The position numbers were made by a program, and so were the translations under genes. This document shows positions 13,913 to 27,085 of a stretch of DNA of 64,000 nt, piece after piece (the stretch's first letter is position 1; each line of letters starts with the position of its first letter). A model generated the notes under the pieces. It was given only the letters and a program-made list of their open reading frames with translations, was not told the origin of the DNA and did no database searches. This DNA comes from Octopus vulgaris (Eukaryota), in the NCBI GenBank assembly GCA_951406725.2, contig OX597830.1, positions 19,964,001-20,028,000 of the forward strand, read 5' to 3'.

Positions 13913-14319
13913 AGTGTGTGTGTATGTGTGTATGTGTGTGTGCGTGTTCTTATCCCCCTCCCCTCCCTTGAGATTAGTGTAATTGTCGTCACTATTGTCA
14001 CCATCGTCATCATCGTCATCATCGTCATCATTGTCGTCGTCGTCATCGTCGTCGTCGTCGTTGTCGTCATCGTCGTCGTCACGGTTATTTAACCCCAGGT
14101 CATGCCAGCTCAATCAAATTCAACCCTTCGATCAAAAACGTTCCAAGCCATTCCCTCCAGTTTCTTCTCCCCCCCCTTATTATTATTTCTTTTGTTTGTT
14201 TTATTATGTCGCTACTCCTATCTATCCTTTGTATTCTGGAAGCCAATGGCATGATACGAGGGAGATCTATCTGCTATTTCTAAAAGGTTGGACGGCCACC
14301 TGGAAGAGCTCTTATTACT

Positions 14320-14490
14320 GTACTCTTTTACCTGTTTCAGTCATTTGACTGTGGCCATGCTTGGGCATCGCCTTTTAGTCGAGCAAATGGACGCCAGGAC
14401 TTACTCTTTGTAAGCCCAGTACTTATTCTATCGGTCTCTTTTGCCGAACCGCTAAGTTACAGGGGACATAAACACACCAGCATCGGTTAC
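14320..14490 (-). mobile_element. SINE family B, 3' half
   Basis: tgtttcagtcatttgactgtggccatgct..gccgaaccgctaagttac. Confidence 0.85.
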
Positions 14491-14620
14491 ATATATATAT
14501 ATACATATATATAACAGCATCACATATCGACCAGAATGTCAGTTGTTGTTATACACAGCTGGTCACTATCGTCACCATCGTCATATACATATATATCTAT
14601 ATATATATATATATATATAT

Positions 14621-15796
14621 AATTTCCTTTTCTATGGTGTTCTTCTACCCTACTTTATTATTTTATTTTATGTTTTTATTATTTTATAATTAGCCTTTTT
14701 TTATTTATAAAATTTATCTAATTGTTGTATCTCTATAAATTCATACTTAGCTTATATAAAACTATACTGGTATATTCACTACTTATAAAAAATACTGCTT
14801 AGATTATAATTTAGTTAATATATAATTAGCATGTTCCTTTACCTCAATAATCCTTTATTAATATCAGTATATACCAATTAATCAATATTCACAGATACCA
14901 TCTGATGAATTAGTATTTAAGTGTACAACATGTATAAATATTAAACTATTTCTGGATAATTTCTTTTCCTCCCTCTATTGTGGTAAAAGTTTGGTATATA
15001 CTCAAAAGTTTTCATAAATTTCTATCCTTTTGTTATAATATTCTTCTTAAAAATCCTTTGAATAACCCTAAACTTTAACCGTATGCAATATAGCAACATT
15101 GTTTAAAATACTTAACTATAGTACTACATAATAAGACTTCCCTTGTTTCATAATCAATAGTCTGTTAGTGGGCGACCCCCTTAATTATCTGCTAACATTT
15201 TGTTTTAAGTTTTCCATTACCAAACCTCATGATATTGCTTCTAATAAATCTTGATTTTTATGACTATACCAACTATGATGTCTGTCTGCTCCCTCAGCCC
15301 TATCCCTATCAGATACTGCCCTCTGTTCTCTCAGCCTTAGATATACAAGGGATTTGATAAACTAGTCTATAAATTAAAACTGACCCATGAAAACAAAAAA
15401 ATCAGTGACAGGCAGAGTCTGTAATAATGTATATCTTCTTGAAAATTCAGTAACTTCTAAACTGGAGTGAGACAGCATGTTCTTTGTCTATCTCCTTAAC
15501 TTCTTGGAGTTTTTAGGTATAATTGTACTAATATGTCCATCTGTTCTAATTTGATTAAATTCTATGTCTCTGTGCAGCTGAAGATTGCTCTGCATTTTAA
15601 ATTGATGTAATGATTGCATTGTTCAATTAAATGGAGTTGCATGAAACGATCGTACTGCATTACCTCTGGATATCCTTGTTGCTTATTTTGATTTTAATCA
15701 CCTTACTTTGAAATTGTATGGATAATACCGTACTAAATTCTGGTGCCTCAACTTAAGTACCATATTCATCTGAATCTAAATTTTTGCTGAACTTAT
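14621..15796 (+). mobile_element. Non-coding AT-rich element flanked by (TA)n and carrying a hammerhead motif (putative non-autonomous Penelope-like/retrozyme-like element)
   Basis: (TA)n on both sides, no ORF of 60 aa or more inside, hammerhead at 15573-15659, last 111 bp repeated at 54855-54965. Confidence 0.6.
15573..15659 (+). ncRNA. Type I hammerhead ribozyme motif
   Basis: Stem I TGCAG/CTGCA, core CTGAAGA (15578-15584), 58-nt foldable stem II, GAAA (15643-15646), palindromic stem III ACGATCGT, cleavage triplet GTA (15652-15654). Confidence 0.72.
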
Positions 15797-15919
15797 ATAT
15801 ATATATATACATACATACATACATACATACATACATACATACATACATACATACATACATACATACATACATACATACATACATACATACATACATACAT
15901 ACATACACACCACACACAA

Positions 15920-16120
15920 CTGTGTGTCTGTCTGTCTGTCTGTCTCCGAATCGCTTGACAGGTAATATTTGTTTACGTCTCTGAAACAGTTCGGCAAACA
16001 CGTACGATAGAATAAGTTCCAGTCTTTAAAAAAAAAGAAGTACTGGGTTTCGATCTGTTCGACTCAAACACTTGAAGGCGTTGCTCCAGCATGACCATCG
16101 TCTAATGAATAAAACAAACA
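15920..16120 (+). mobile_element. SINE family B, 3' half
   Basis: cgcttgaca..ttcggcaaa..gatagaataagt..gctccagcatgacc. Confidence 0.8.
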
Positions 16121-16231
16121 ATTTAGCAGTAAAAGGTTTCGTATTATAAAATCTGAAGTTAAAATTCTGTAGGATAAGGTGAGTTGTTAGCATACGTAGA
16201 TGAGGATCCATCGTAGCCTAACCCTATCTTA

Positions 16232-16652
16232 GTAACTACTGATATGTCTCAACTATCGACACGTCTTAACTGCTAATACATTTTAACTACCGACACGTTT
16301 TTTACTTCTGACATGTCTTAACCACTGACATGTCTTAACTACTGACATGTCTGAACTACCAGCATCTGTCAACCACTGGAACGTCTCAAACACTGACACG
16401 TCTTAACTGCTGACACGTTTTAACTACCAACACGTCTTAACTACCGACATGTTTCAATCACCGATACGTCTTAACTACCGAGACGTCTTAATTACCATCA
16501 TGTGTCAACCACTGGCACGTTTTAACTACGGACACGTCTTAACTGCCGAATATCCCTCAACCACCCATACATCTTAACTAGCGACATATCTTAACTGCCA
16601 ACATGTCTTAACTACCGACATATCTCAACCAGCGACGCATCTTAACTACAGA
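16232..16652. repeat. 17-bp minisatellite, about 25 diverged copies (consensus CTTAACTACCGACACGT)
   Basis: Unit read directly from the sequence. Confidence 0.93.
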
Positions 16653-16984
16653 TATTTTATCAGCAGGAGAAAATAAAATTACTATTTAAATTGTATTAAC
16701 ATATATAATGCAGAAACATTAACAAGTTAACTAGAAATAATTGTTCGATTAGAAGGAATCAATATTAGTCAATGAATTGTGTTATCTTTTATTTTATTTT
16801 CTGTTAAATATGAGAGACAATCTCTGATACGTTTCTGCTTTGTTTTGGCCTCATCAGCAAAACATAACTTTCAACGCATTTGCCGATGTAGTGATGAATG
16901 TAACACTATAAAAAAAAATATACAAGATTGTATATTTGCTGGAAATAAGAAATAAATGTATTGAGGAAACACACACACACACAC

Positions 16985-17045
<61 letters not shown>

Positions 17046-17700
17046 GGTGCATAAAAAGCTGTTTTAAACTTTACAACTCCCGACAAAATAGGGCTGTTAC
17101 ACTCTACGTGTGATATATATAACTTTAAACCCGGCAGCATCACAATATTGATAATATGAGTAATAAATGGCTGTTGGCTAATCTCCATCTTGGTAATTGC
17201 CGACGTTATAAATACGGTGATGCATATATATAAATATGTGTGTGTGTGTGCGCGTGTGTGTGTGTGCGCGTGTGTGTACGTGTGCCTGTGTGTATGTATG
17301 TATATATGTATGCCCGTATGTATGTACCCGTGCACGTTTGTATGTATGTATATGAATATTCAACGACAACTGTTAATTTTTTTTCAGTTTTATTATGAGC
17401 TCATCAGTCAAGCACAGCCTTCACCGTCGATTTGATTTCGAAAGGGCCACGAAATAAGTTCTGTAGAAAATATATTTTTCAAAATGACATCATTCAAAGG
17501 CACCATCGGCACGGAAATTCACTAGCAGCATTAACATACATAATGTAGCATGTTGGCCCGCAGCTATAACAGAAGATGCCTCGCAGTGTGTTCGAACGTG
17601 AAACCGTATGCTTGGCACGGAAACTTCTTAAACATTCAGCTAAGCCTTTCGTAATGCATTTATTTGGAGTCAGCCTCAAAAACGTTCCATGCAAAGTTAT

Positions 17701-18640
<940 letters not shown>

Positions 18641-18674
18641 AAATAAATATACATATATATATATATATATATAG

Positions 18675-18838
18675 GAAGAAAAAAAGCAAAGGACCAAGAC
18701 AGGTGGTGTACAAAACAAACAGATGTATTAGTATAACGCTCAGGAATAGAAAAAGTCTTTCACGTTTCGAGCCTACGCTCTTCTACAGAAAGGGACACTG
18801 AAAAAACAATGAGAGAAAAAAATGTGTGTAGTGGCTAA
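18675..18838 (-). mobile_element. Short repeat with variant hammerhead-like motif, copy 1 of 3
   Basis: aagacaggtggtg..acaaacagatgtattagt.taacgctc..tttcgagcctacgctcttctacagaaagg matches 60246-60435 and the reverse complement of 59445-59600. Confidence 0.75.
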
Positions 18839-18840
18839 TG

Positions 18841-18891
<51 letters not shown>

Positions 18892-20459
18892 TGTGTGTAT
18901 ACTGATACAAACGACGGGCTTCTTTCAGTTTCCGTTTACCAAATCCACTCACAATGCTATGGTCAGCCCCAGATTGGGAAGCAAGCTTCTTACGACACAG
19001 TCACGCTTGCTGTATGTGCCAACTAGCTGTGTCGCTTTCCGTTATGTCTTCTCTTATACTGTCGTAGTTTATCTTTTGTTTTCGTCACCGTCTTCTCAGT
19101 TCGCTTAGTTATTCCCAGCAGCTTGTTTCTGTTGACGCCACCAAACTGAACAACCTTACTGTTAAAGGCGCGAAACTGTTGTGACTTTTTAGCGATGAAT
19201 AATGAGGGAAGAATATGTCTACGGCTTGAGTGCAATTTTACCGTGTGTTCCTTTGTCGTCCTTATATGTTGTTTTTTTTTTTAATCTTAGAATATTATTT
19301 GTTGTCTTCGGAGTTGCTTTGTAGTACGTCCTCAACGGGCTAACTCTAACTGGGCAGAAATATGATGATTGGCGATTTAGCCGTGGTCATCCGGTTCTTT
19401 TTTTTTTATCACTTAGGAACCAATACCTGTGTGAGTTTTTTAATGAAAATGATAGGATGAGGTTTGATGAAATTTTTAGTTCCTGTTTCTAGCAGATGGT
19501 CAGCGGAGTTCGCTTGTAAAATATTAGCTGTTGTCGTGGATGTGGTTGACGTGGTCGTGGTCGTCGTGGTCATCATCATCATCATCGTCGTCATCATCAT
19601 CATCATCATCATCATCGTCGTCGTCGTCGTCGTCTCCACCACCACCACCACCACCACCATTATCATCATCATCATCATCATCCACATCAAAGATATAGTT
19701 CTAACAGGCGCTGTCATGACGGTAGTAATGTGTGCGTGTATAAGAGAGCGTATGTGTGAATGCGTGTGTGAGAGAGAGAAAGAGAGAGTGTGTGTGTGTA
19801 TTTGAGTGTGAGAAAGAGAGAAAAAGAGAGTGTGTGTTTGTGTGTGTGTGTATCTGTGTCTGTGTGTGTATGTTTATTCGTCAGTGTGTGTATGTGAGAG
19901 AGAGAGATCAAAGGTATGATTTATACTCTAACTTTCACCTCTTCTCTCAATCTCACTCACCCTTTCTCTTTCTCTCTCTCTCTCTCTCTCCCTCTTTCTC
20001 TTTCGTACTCTCCTTCCCGTCTTTCTCCACCCTCCTGCCACCACTCCTCCTAAACAATCTCCTTCCGTTCTCCGTCCCTCCTCTTCTCTTTTGCATTTCT
20101 CACCTATTTCCAATTTCTGATCTCTTTCTAAACCTCCGTTCTTCTATTTCTTTCTTCTAACACCCACATCCCTATCTTGACTTCGTTCATATTTTCTTTC
20201 CTTCAATATTTCTTTCTCTTTCTTTTTAATTCTTTCTCTTCATTCTTCATGCTTTGATTTTTCCTCTCTTAATTCTTTCTTTCTTTCTTTTGCAATTTTT
20301 CCTCTCCCCCTCTCTCTGTATCTCTGTTTCTTTCTCTCTTTCTTTCTTTCTTTCTTTCTTTCTTTCCTTCTTTCTATCTTTCTGTCTTTCTTTCTTTCTT
20401 TCTGTCTTTTCTTTTCTTTCTTTCTGTCTTTCTTTCTTTCTGTCTTACTATCAATCAAT

Positions 20460-20533
<74 letters not shown>

Positions 20534-20570
20534 GTCTGTCTGTCTGTCTATATATCTATCCATCTATCTA

Positions 20571-20601
<31 letters not shown>

Positions 20602-20703
20602 GTGTGTCTGTCTGTCTCTCTGTTTGTCTGTCTATCTATCTATATATCTATCTATCATCTCTCTTTCTCTTTCTCTCCATCCTTCTCTCTCTCTGTCTCT
20701 CTG

Positions 20704-20763
<60 letters not shown>

Positions 20764-21002
20764 ACACACACACAAATATACGCACACACACACACACATA
20801 TATACACAATACCTGTCTGTCTTTCAAATTTATATTTTCTTTCATCTTTTACCTCATATTTTGTGTTTCGTCCCTTTCCATCTTTTGATTATCTCTTCCA
20901 GTTTTTCTTTACACACACACACACGAATACAAAGAAAAAACACAAACACACACACTCGAATATATATATATATATGTATATATCTGTGTGCGTATGTGTG
21001 TG

Positions 21003-21102
<100 letters not shown>

Positions 21103-21338
21103 TATATGTATATACAAATATACAAATATACAAAACACATATATTTGAACGTGTCTTAGTAACAATAAATTTAGCCATAATCAATCAATAAAAACGCACT
21201 CAATATATTCGATACATTGATTGTAAAGATGGTGCTTGTGTGTGTTTGCGCGTGCGTGTATGTAACTTTGAAGACATACATTCATATATATATATACATA
21301 TCTATATATGTATATATACATACATACATATATATATA

Positions 21339-21403
<65 letters not shown>

Positions 21404-21818
21404 GTACACACACACACACATATTTACATATGTATGTATGCATGAATATACGCATCGGCCATGCCCCAGCATGACCGGTCATACAGGGGCACTACCTTCA
21501 AGTATTTTATTCGAATAATAATTGACCCGAAGCTTTCTTCAATAATGCTCTTATTTTATCGATCTTTAGTGAACGGGTGCGTTTTAAACCTTGGACCTTA
21601 AAGAGTGAAGGGCAAAATACATCAGTGTACACCTGTATACACGCGCATACACACTCACTCACACTCTTCATTACACTTACATACACATCACTTAGCAATA
21701 CATACCCTCAAACACACACATAAATACATGCATACATATATATATCTACATACATACATTTATACATACGTACATGCATACATGTATACATACATACATA
21801 CATACATACATACATACA

Positions 21819-21854
<36 letters not shown>

Positions 21855-21936
21855 TACATACATACAAAATCAAAATAGGTCTCTGTCCCTGTGGTAATCC
21901 CTTCTGGGGCGAGTCCGTTACGCAGCCTCTAAATTA

Positions 21937-22201
21937 TACTCTTTACTCTTTTACTCTTTCACTTGTTTCAGTCATTTGACTGCGGCTATGCTGGAGCACC
22001 GCCTTTAGTCGAGCAAATTGACCCCAGGTCTTATTCTTTGTAAGCTTTAGTACTTATTCTATTGGTCTATTTTGCCGAGCCGCTAATTTACGGGGACGTA
22101 AACACACCAGCGTCGGTTGTCAAGCAATGTTGGAGGGACAAACACAGACACGCAGACACACAGACACACACACACACACACACACGCACACACACACACA
22201 C

Positions 22202-22245
<44 letters not shown>

Positions 22246-22418
22246 TAGACATATATACGACGGGCTTCTTTCAGTTTCCGTCTACCAAATCCACTCACAA
22301 GGCTTTGGTCCGCCCGAGGCTATAGTAGAAGACACTTGCCCAAGGTGCCACGCAGTGGGACTGAACCAGGAACCACGTGGTTGGTAAGCAAGCTACTTAC
22401 CACACAGCTTCTCCTGCA
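21937..22418 (-). mobile_element. Full-length SINE family B
   Basis: Complete reverse-complement match to the family consensus, with internal (CA)/(TA) tract. Confidence 0.92.
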
Positions 22419-22430
22419 CTTACATATATA

Positions 22431-22464
<34 letters not shown>

Positions 22465-23000
22465 CATGTATGTATGTATGTATGTATGTATATACGTGTG
22501 TATGTATATTGTGTTTTAAACAGGTTGTTCGGAAAAAAATAAACTTCAGCTTCTGGTGTTGAAACAAAACATGTATGTGAAGTGTACTGTATTGATAATG
22601 ATGTTTTTTCTCATGGAGCTGGCTCTATTGTATAATTTGAACTTATTCTGTTTATGTTGTTCTATTATAAACCAGCAGTTTATACATTATTTGTATATGC
22701 TCTAGGCAAGCGATTTTGATTTCGTTTCGGAAGTGACATGTACACGCGACATTGATAAGCGGCAAATACGGTGAAATACGGTATCTGTCGCGCTCGTGAT
22801 CGCTTCGTCCAACTCTGAACTATATCGTATTTTTCTTATCATTATATGTCTTTGAAGCAATTTTTCTCGTACGATAAATCACAACTTCTGGCGTTTAAAT
22901 ACAACTTACATTAAGTAAGTTGTATGGTGTATTGATACTTTTAATAACGAGATATGTGTGTGTGTATGTGTGCGTGTGTGCATGTATATATATATGTATA

Positions 23001-23118
<118 letters not shown>

Positions 23119-23155
23119 CATCCCATAAATATATATATATATATATATACATACA

Positions 23156-23897
23156 TCCCATAAATAATACGGTTTTTCAATTGCATAGACTAAAAGTCGA
23201 AAGGGTACGGGATAATCTACCAGCATCAATTTGCTATAAAACCAAGTAGTAATTTTACATTGTCCTTATTCATAGTGAAATTTTTGAGGAGTACACTTCG
23301 ATTTTAACAACTATTTTCTTGAAGCTATAATGGAAGTGACAAAGGAGCATATTCGGCATATTTTGCTTTATGAGTTCAATAAAAGCAACAACGCAAAGGA
23401 AAGTGCGAGGAATATTAATGTAGTGTATGGGGATCGGACAATAAGTGTAAACCAGTGTCAACGATGGTTCCGGAAACTACACCATAGAAGACGAGCCTCA
23501 TCCTGGAAGATTTGTAGAGCTCGAGGAGGACGTCCGGCAAATCCTTGGGGAACAAAATCCCATCGTAACTGTTGAGGAACTAGCAGAGAAGCTTGGATTT
23601 GGTCATTCAACCAGTCATTCAAGTCAGCGCCAGAAGAAAAACGAATATCTTTGGTTTCAAGACGAAAGGTGTTCTTCCATCAGGATAATGCTCGGTCACA
23701 TACAGCGAGGATGACATTCCAAAGGCTGGAGCAGTTTGAATGGGAAACGATGCCCCACCCACCATATTCGCAGGACATTGCTCCACCTGATTATCATTTA
23801 TTCTGCAGTCTTCAAAATCATTTGGACGGAAAAAATATGAATTCTGTAGACGATTTCAGAACAGTACTGTAGGAGTATTTTTCGTCACGGACAAGTT
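23156..23897 (+). mobile_element. Mariner (DD34D) transposase pseudogene, internally deleted, 3' end lost
   Basis: MEVTKEHIRHILLYEF..CQRWFRK HTH region and EDEPHPGR. In FHQDNARSH..PHPPYSQDIAPPDYHLF there are 34 residues between the two catalytic Asp. Confidence 0.95.
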
Positions 23898-23899
23898 TA

Positions 23900-25590
23900 A
23901 ATACCTTCATAGTTCCAAATATGGTGTCTGAGTCTCAGTGTGGTTTTCATTCCTCCAGGGGCACAGCTGATTAAAAGTGCATTGAATAGAATCTTGCCCT
24001 ACACCATTGCTTTGTTGATTTAAGCAAGGCATTCGATACTGTTAATTGAAATGCTCTGTAGCTAATTCTAAGAAAAATAGGTTACCCAGAAAAATTTGTA
24101 AACATGGTCAGGGCTTTGCATCAAGATATGAAAGCTAGAGTTAATTTTGATGGTAGTCTCTCTGAATCTCTTGCCGTGGTAAATGGAGTAAAACAAGGAC
24201 ACCTTGATGCACCCACCCTCTTTGCAATATACATTGCTGTTGTGCTATCATGCTTTTCAAAACTCTGAGGAGGGTATTTACATAAAATATCGAACAACAG
24301 GGAATGTTTTTAATCTGACCAGACTGAAATTCAAAACGAAGGTTTTTACTTCACTCATTAGGGAACTCTTAGACGCTGACAATTGCGATCTTGTTAGTTA
24401 TTGTGAAACAAGTCTGCAACCTCTTGTATCTGCATCTGACTCAACTTGTGATGATTTTGGCTTAACCGTCGACTTGAGAAAAACAGGTGTAATGCATCAA
24501 CCTGCGTGTGGTGCTGTTTGTAACCCCTCTAAAATTTTTGTTAAGGGTAAGTTATTTGAGGTTGTTGATTCGTTCACCTACCTTGGAAGATCTGTACAAA
24601 ATGATGGAAATCTTGATACAGAAATATATCTGCAAATTCAAAGGGCAGCAAAAGCATTTGGTGTCTTGGAGTCACGCGTTTGGCGCCAGCGACATATGAA
24701 TAACAATACAAAGTTGGCTCTTTACAAATCATTTGTCTTACTGTCCCTGTTGTATTCTTGTGAAGCATGGGCATGTCATGAAAGACATTTTAAATTGTTA
24801 GAACAATTCCACCAAAAATGCCTTCATCGCATTTTGAACATTAAATGGAGTTCTTTTACCCCAAATAGAGATGTCCTTGCATCTGAAGGCATCACCTCAA
24901 TTAAAGCTATGATTTTGAGAAACCAAATGAGATGGTGTGGCCACTTTGTTCGAATGGCGGATGAACTCACGCCCAAACAGCTTGCAGAGGGGAAACGCTA
25001 TCGGTGGAAACTTAAAAAAAGGTTTAAGGACGGCATGAGGACTACGATGAAGTCACTCGGAATGGATCCAGGGGACATAGAAACACTTGTTTCGGATAGA
25101 GTTGGATGGCGAACAAAAGTGTGGAGTGGAGTGAAAGCGTCTGAAGAGGCCAGGATAACACATGCAAGACTCAAGAGAGATTTAAAAAAGAATGTTACGA
25201 TCGAGAACGTGTATCACAATGACCTTTTTGTGTGCACAGTTTGTGACAGACCATGCCTTTCTTTTGCTGGGCTCAAATCCCATTTGCGAACCTTTGGAAA
25301 ACGAGCCTACACCAACTATTCTGCCTATATTCCTGTGCACACCTTTGAATGCAATGTATGTCAGAAGGTATGCAAATCTAACGGAGGCCTCAAGAGACAT
25401 TTTAGGATTCACAAAGATCAGAACTTACCCGCAGCTCTTGGTGGTCCAAATCGGATATGCAGTCTATGTGGCCGTCTTTTCAGAACATTGTCTGGTTTAA
25501 AAAGCTACAGCAGATGCCATGATGGTTCTAAGGTGTAGGTACAGTAGGTGGTAAAACTCTGCATAAGGAGTAGACAACCACTATATAAGT
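23900..25590 (+). mobile_element. RTE-type LINE, 5'-truncated and degenerate: reverse transcriptase plus three C2H2 fingers
   Basis: ESQCGF, FVDLSKAFDTVN and NGVKQG lie upstream of ORF 24204-25538. Catalytic YADD is decayed to LLDADN; FTYLG and RNQMRWCGH present. Fingers: CTVC..H, CNVC..HFRIH, CSLC..H. Confidence 0.95.
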
Positions 25591-25606
25591 ATGTATGTAT
25601 GTATGT

Positions 25607-26040
25607 ATTACGTAATAGTACATATGTTTCACTTAGGGAATTCTGGTATGTTATGCGGTAATCGTTACATAAACGTTTGCAGTATAAGATTGGAAAACAC
25701 GAGAGCAGAATACAAATGAGTTTACGTAAGTTTTTTTATTACAAGATTACGAATTACATAACCTTACACGTTTTTCACTAACGAACCCTTGCATATTATG
25801 CACTAATTGTTACGTACACCATTGCGCAATATGGCTGAAACACCAGATCTCCAGAAGTAATTCAGTAATTCAGTTCAGTGTCATATAACAGTATAACCTG
25901 ATTGAGAGAGTGAAAAACATAGCGGTTGTGTTTTTATTTTGAACATCGGGCTTTCCAATCTTATAATGCAAACGATTATGTCACAATTACCACATAAGAT
26001 ACCAGAATTCAGTAGTGAAACATATGTAATATTACGTAAT
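25607..26040. mobile_element. MITE-like element with about 90-110 bp imperfect TIRs
   Basis: attacgtaatagtacatatgtttcact..gaattctggtat..tataagattggaaa mirrors tttccaatcttata..ataccagaattc..agtgaaacatatgtaatattacgtaat. Confidence 0.88.
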
Positions 26041-26315
26041 TCAGGATGTTATAATAATATACTTAAACAAAACTCTCCTATATTATTCTGTTCTTTGCAA
26101 ATTATTCAAATAATTTCAATGTCAAAGAAAATCGGTGCACGAATCACGTTTAATGCCTGGATATATATAATTTAGATATAGAAGGATTAACATTATGGCG
26201 TTCTAAACATTGGTTAACTGTTGTGCTGTCTGAATTGAAATCACGCTACTTAATTATACCCCACCATGCATACATATACATATATCTATATATGTATGTA
26301 TACACACAGGCACAG

Positions 26316-26346
<31 letters not shown>

Positions 26347-26458
26347 CACAATATCCTACCCATAAAGGACAATTTCAGGATGGGTCGAAACGATCGTTGT
26401 ACTGAATCTACGCCTATTTCCTTCATCACTTATATATGTGTGTGAGGGGGGAGGGATT

Positions 26459-26647
26459 ATCTGGCAGAATCGTTAGGACGTCGGACGAAATACTTAGTGG
26501 TATTTCGTCTGTCTTTAGGTTCTGAGTTCAAATTGCCTTTCATCTTTTATGATGTCGATAAATTAAGTACCAGTTGCGTACTGGGGTCGATCTAATCGAC
26601 TGGGCGCCTCCTCAAAAATTTTAGGCCTTGTGCCTAGAGTAGAAAAT
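26459..26647 (+). mobile_element. SINE family A, tail type 2, with an internal deletion
   Basis: ctggcagaatcgttag..ttctgagttcaaatt..gtcgataaattaagtaccag..ggccttgtgcctagagtagaaa. Confidence 0.85.
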
Positions 26648-26658
26648 ATGTGTGTGTA

Positions 26659-26741
26659 CAGTAATCATTTGACTATCGCGGGTTTTATATTCCAAAACCC
26701 ACTGCGATAGGTGAAAATCCGCGAAGTAGAAACTGTACTGT
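26659..26741 (+). mobile_element. Tigger/pogo-like terminal fragment
   Basis: ta-cagtaatc..gactatcgcggg..ttccaaaaccc..gcgataggtgaaaatccgcgaagtag resembles pogo/Tigger ends (recognised from memory, not searched). Confidence 0.5.
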
Positions 26742-26747
26742 ATTGTA

Positions 26748-26781
<34 letters not shown>

Positions 26782-26833
26782 ATTGGAATGTATATATACA
26801 CATACACATACATATATATACATATATACATCA

Positions 26834-26879
<46 letters not shown>

Positions 26880-26896
26880 ATATACACATATATATA

Positions 26897-26932
<36 letters not shown>

Positions 26933-27085
26933 TGTATGTATGCATGCATGTATGTATGTATGTATATCAGCCGTCGAAGCGGGTTTTGAAATAACGGTCG
27001 CAGAAAAGGTTGCGAATAGCAAAGAAAGAACTTTCACAGAAAGAAAACAAAAAAGGAAAAAAGAAGCGATTGACTGGTTAACCAG

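Noticed and set aside
16232-16652. CRISPR-like array
   Set aside because: Contiguous 17-bp units with no unique spacers, no cas genes, eukaryotic context.
24204-25538. 444-aa ORF as an active or domesticated RT gene
   Set aside because: YADD is decayed to DADN, the upstream RT region has stops and frameshifts, the endonuclease is absent and two fingers have lost a His.
23156-25590. Mariner-LINE fusion gene or nested insertion
   Set aside because: Both parts contain stops and the mariner 3' end does not resume after the LINE; a deletion junction is simpler.
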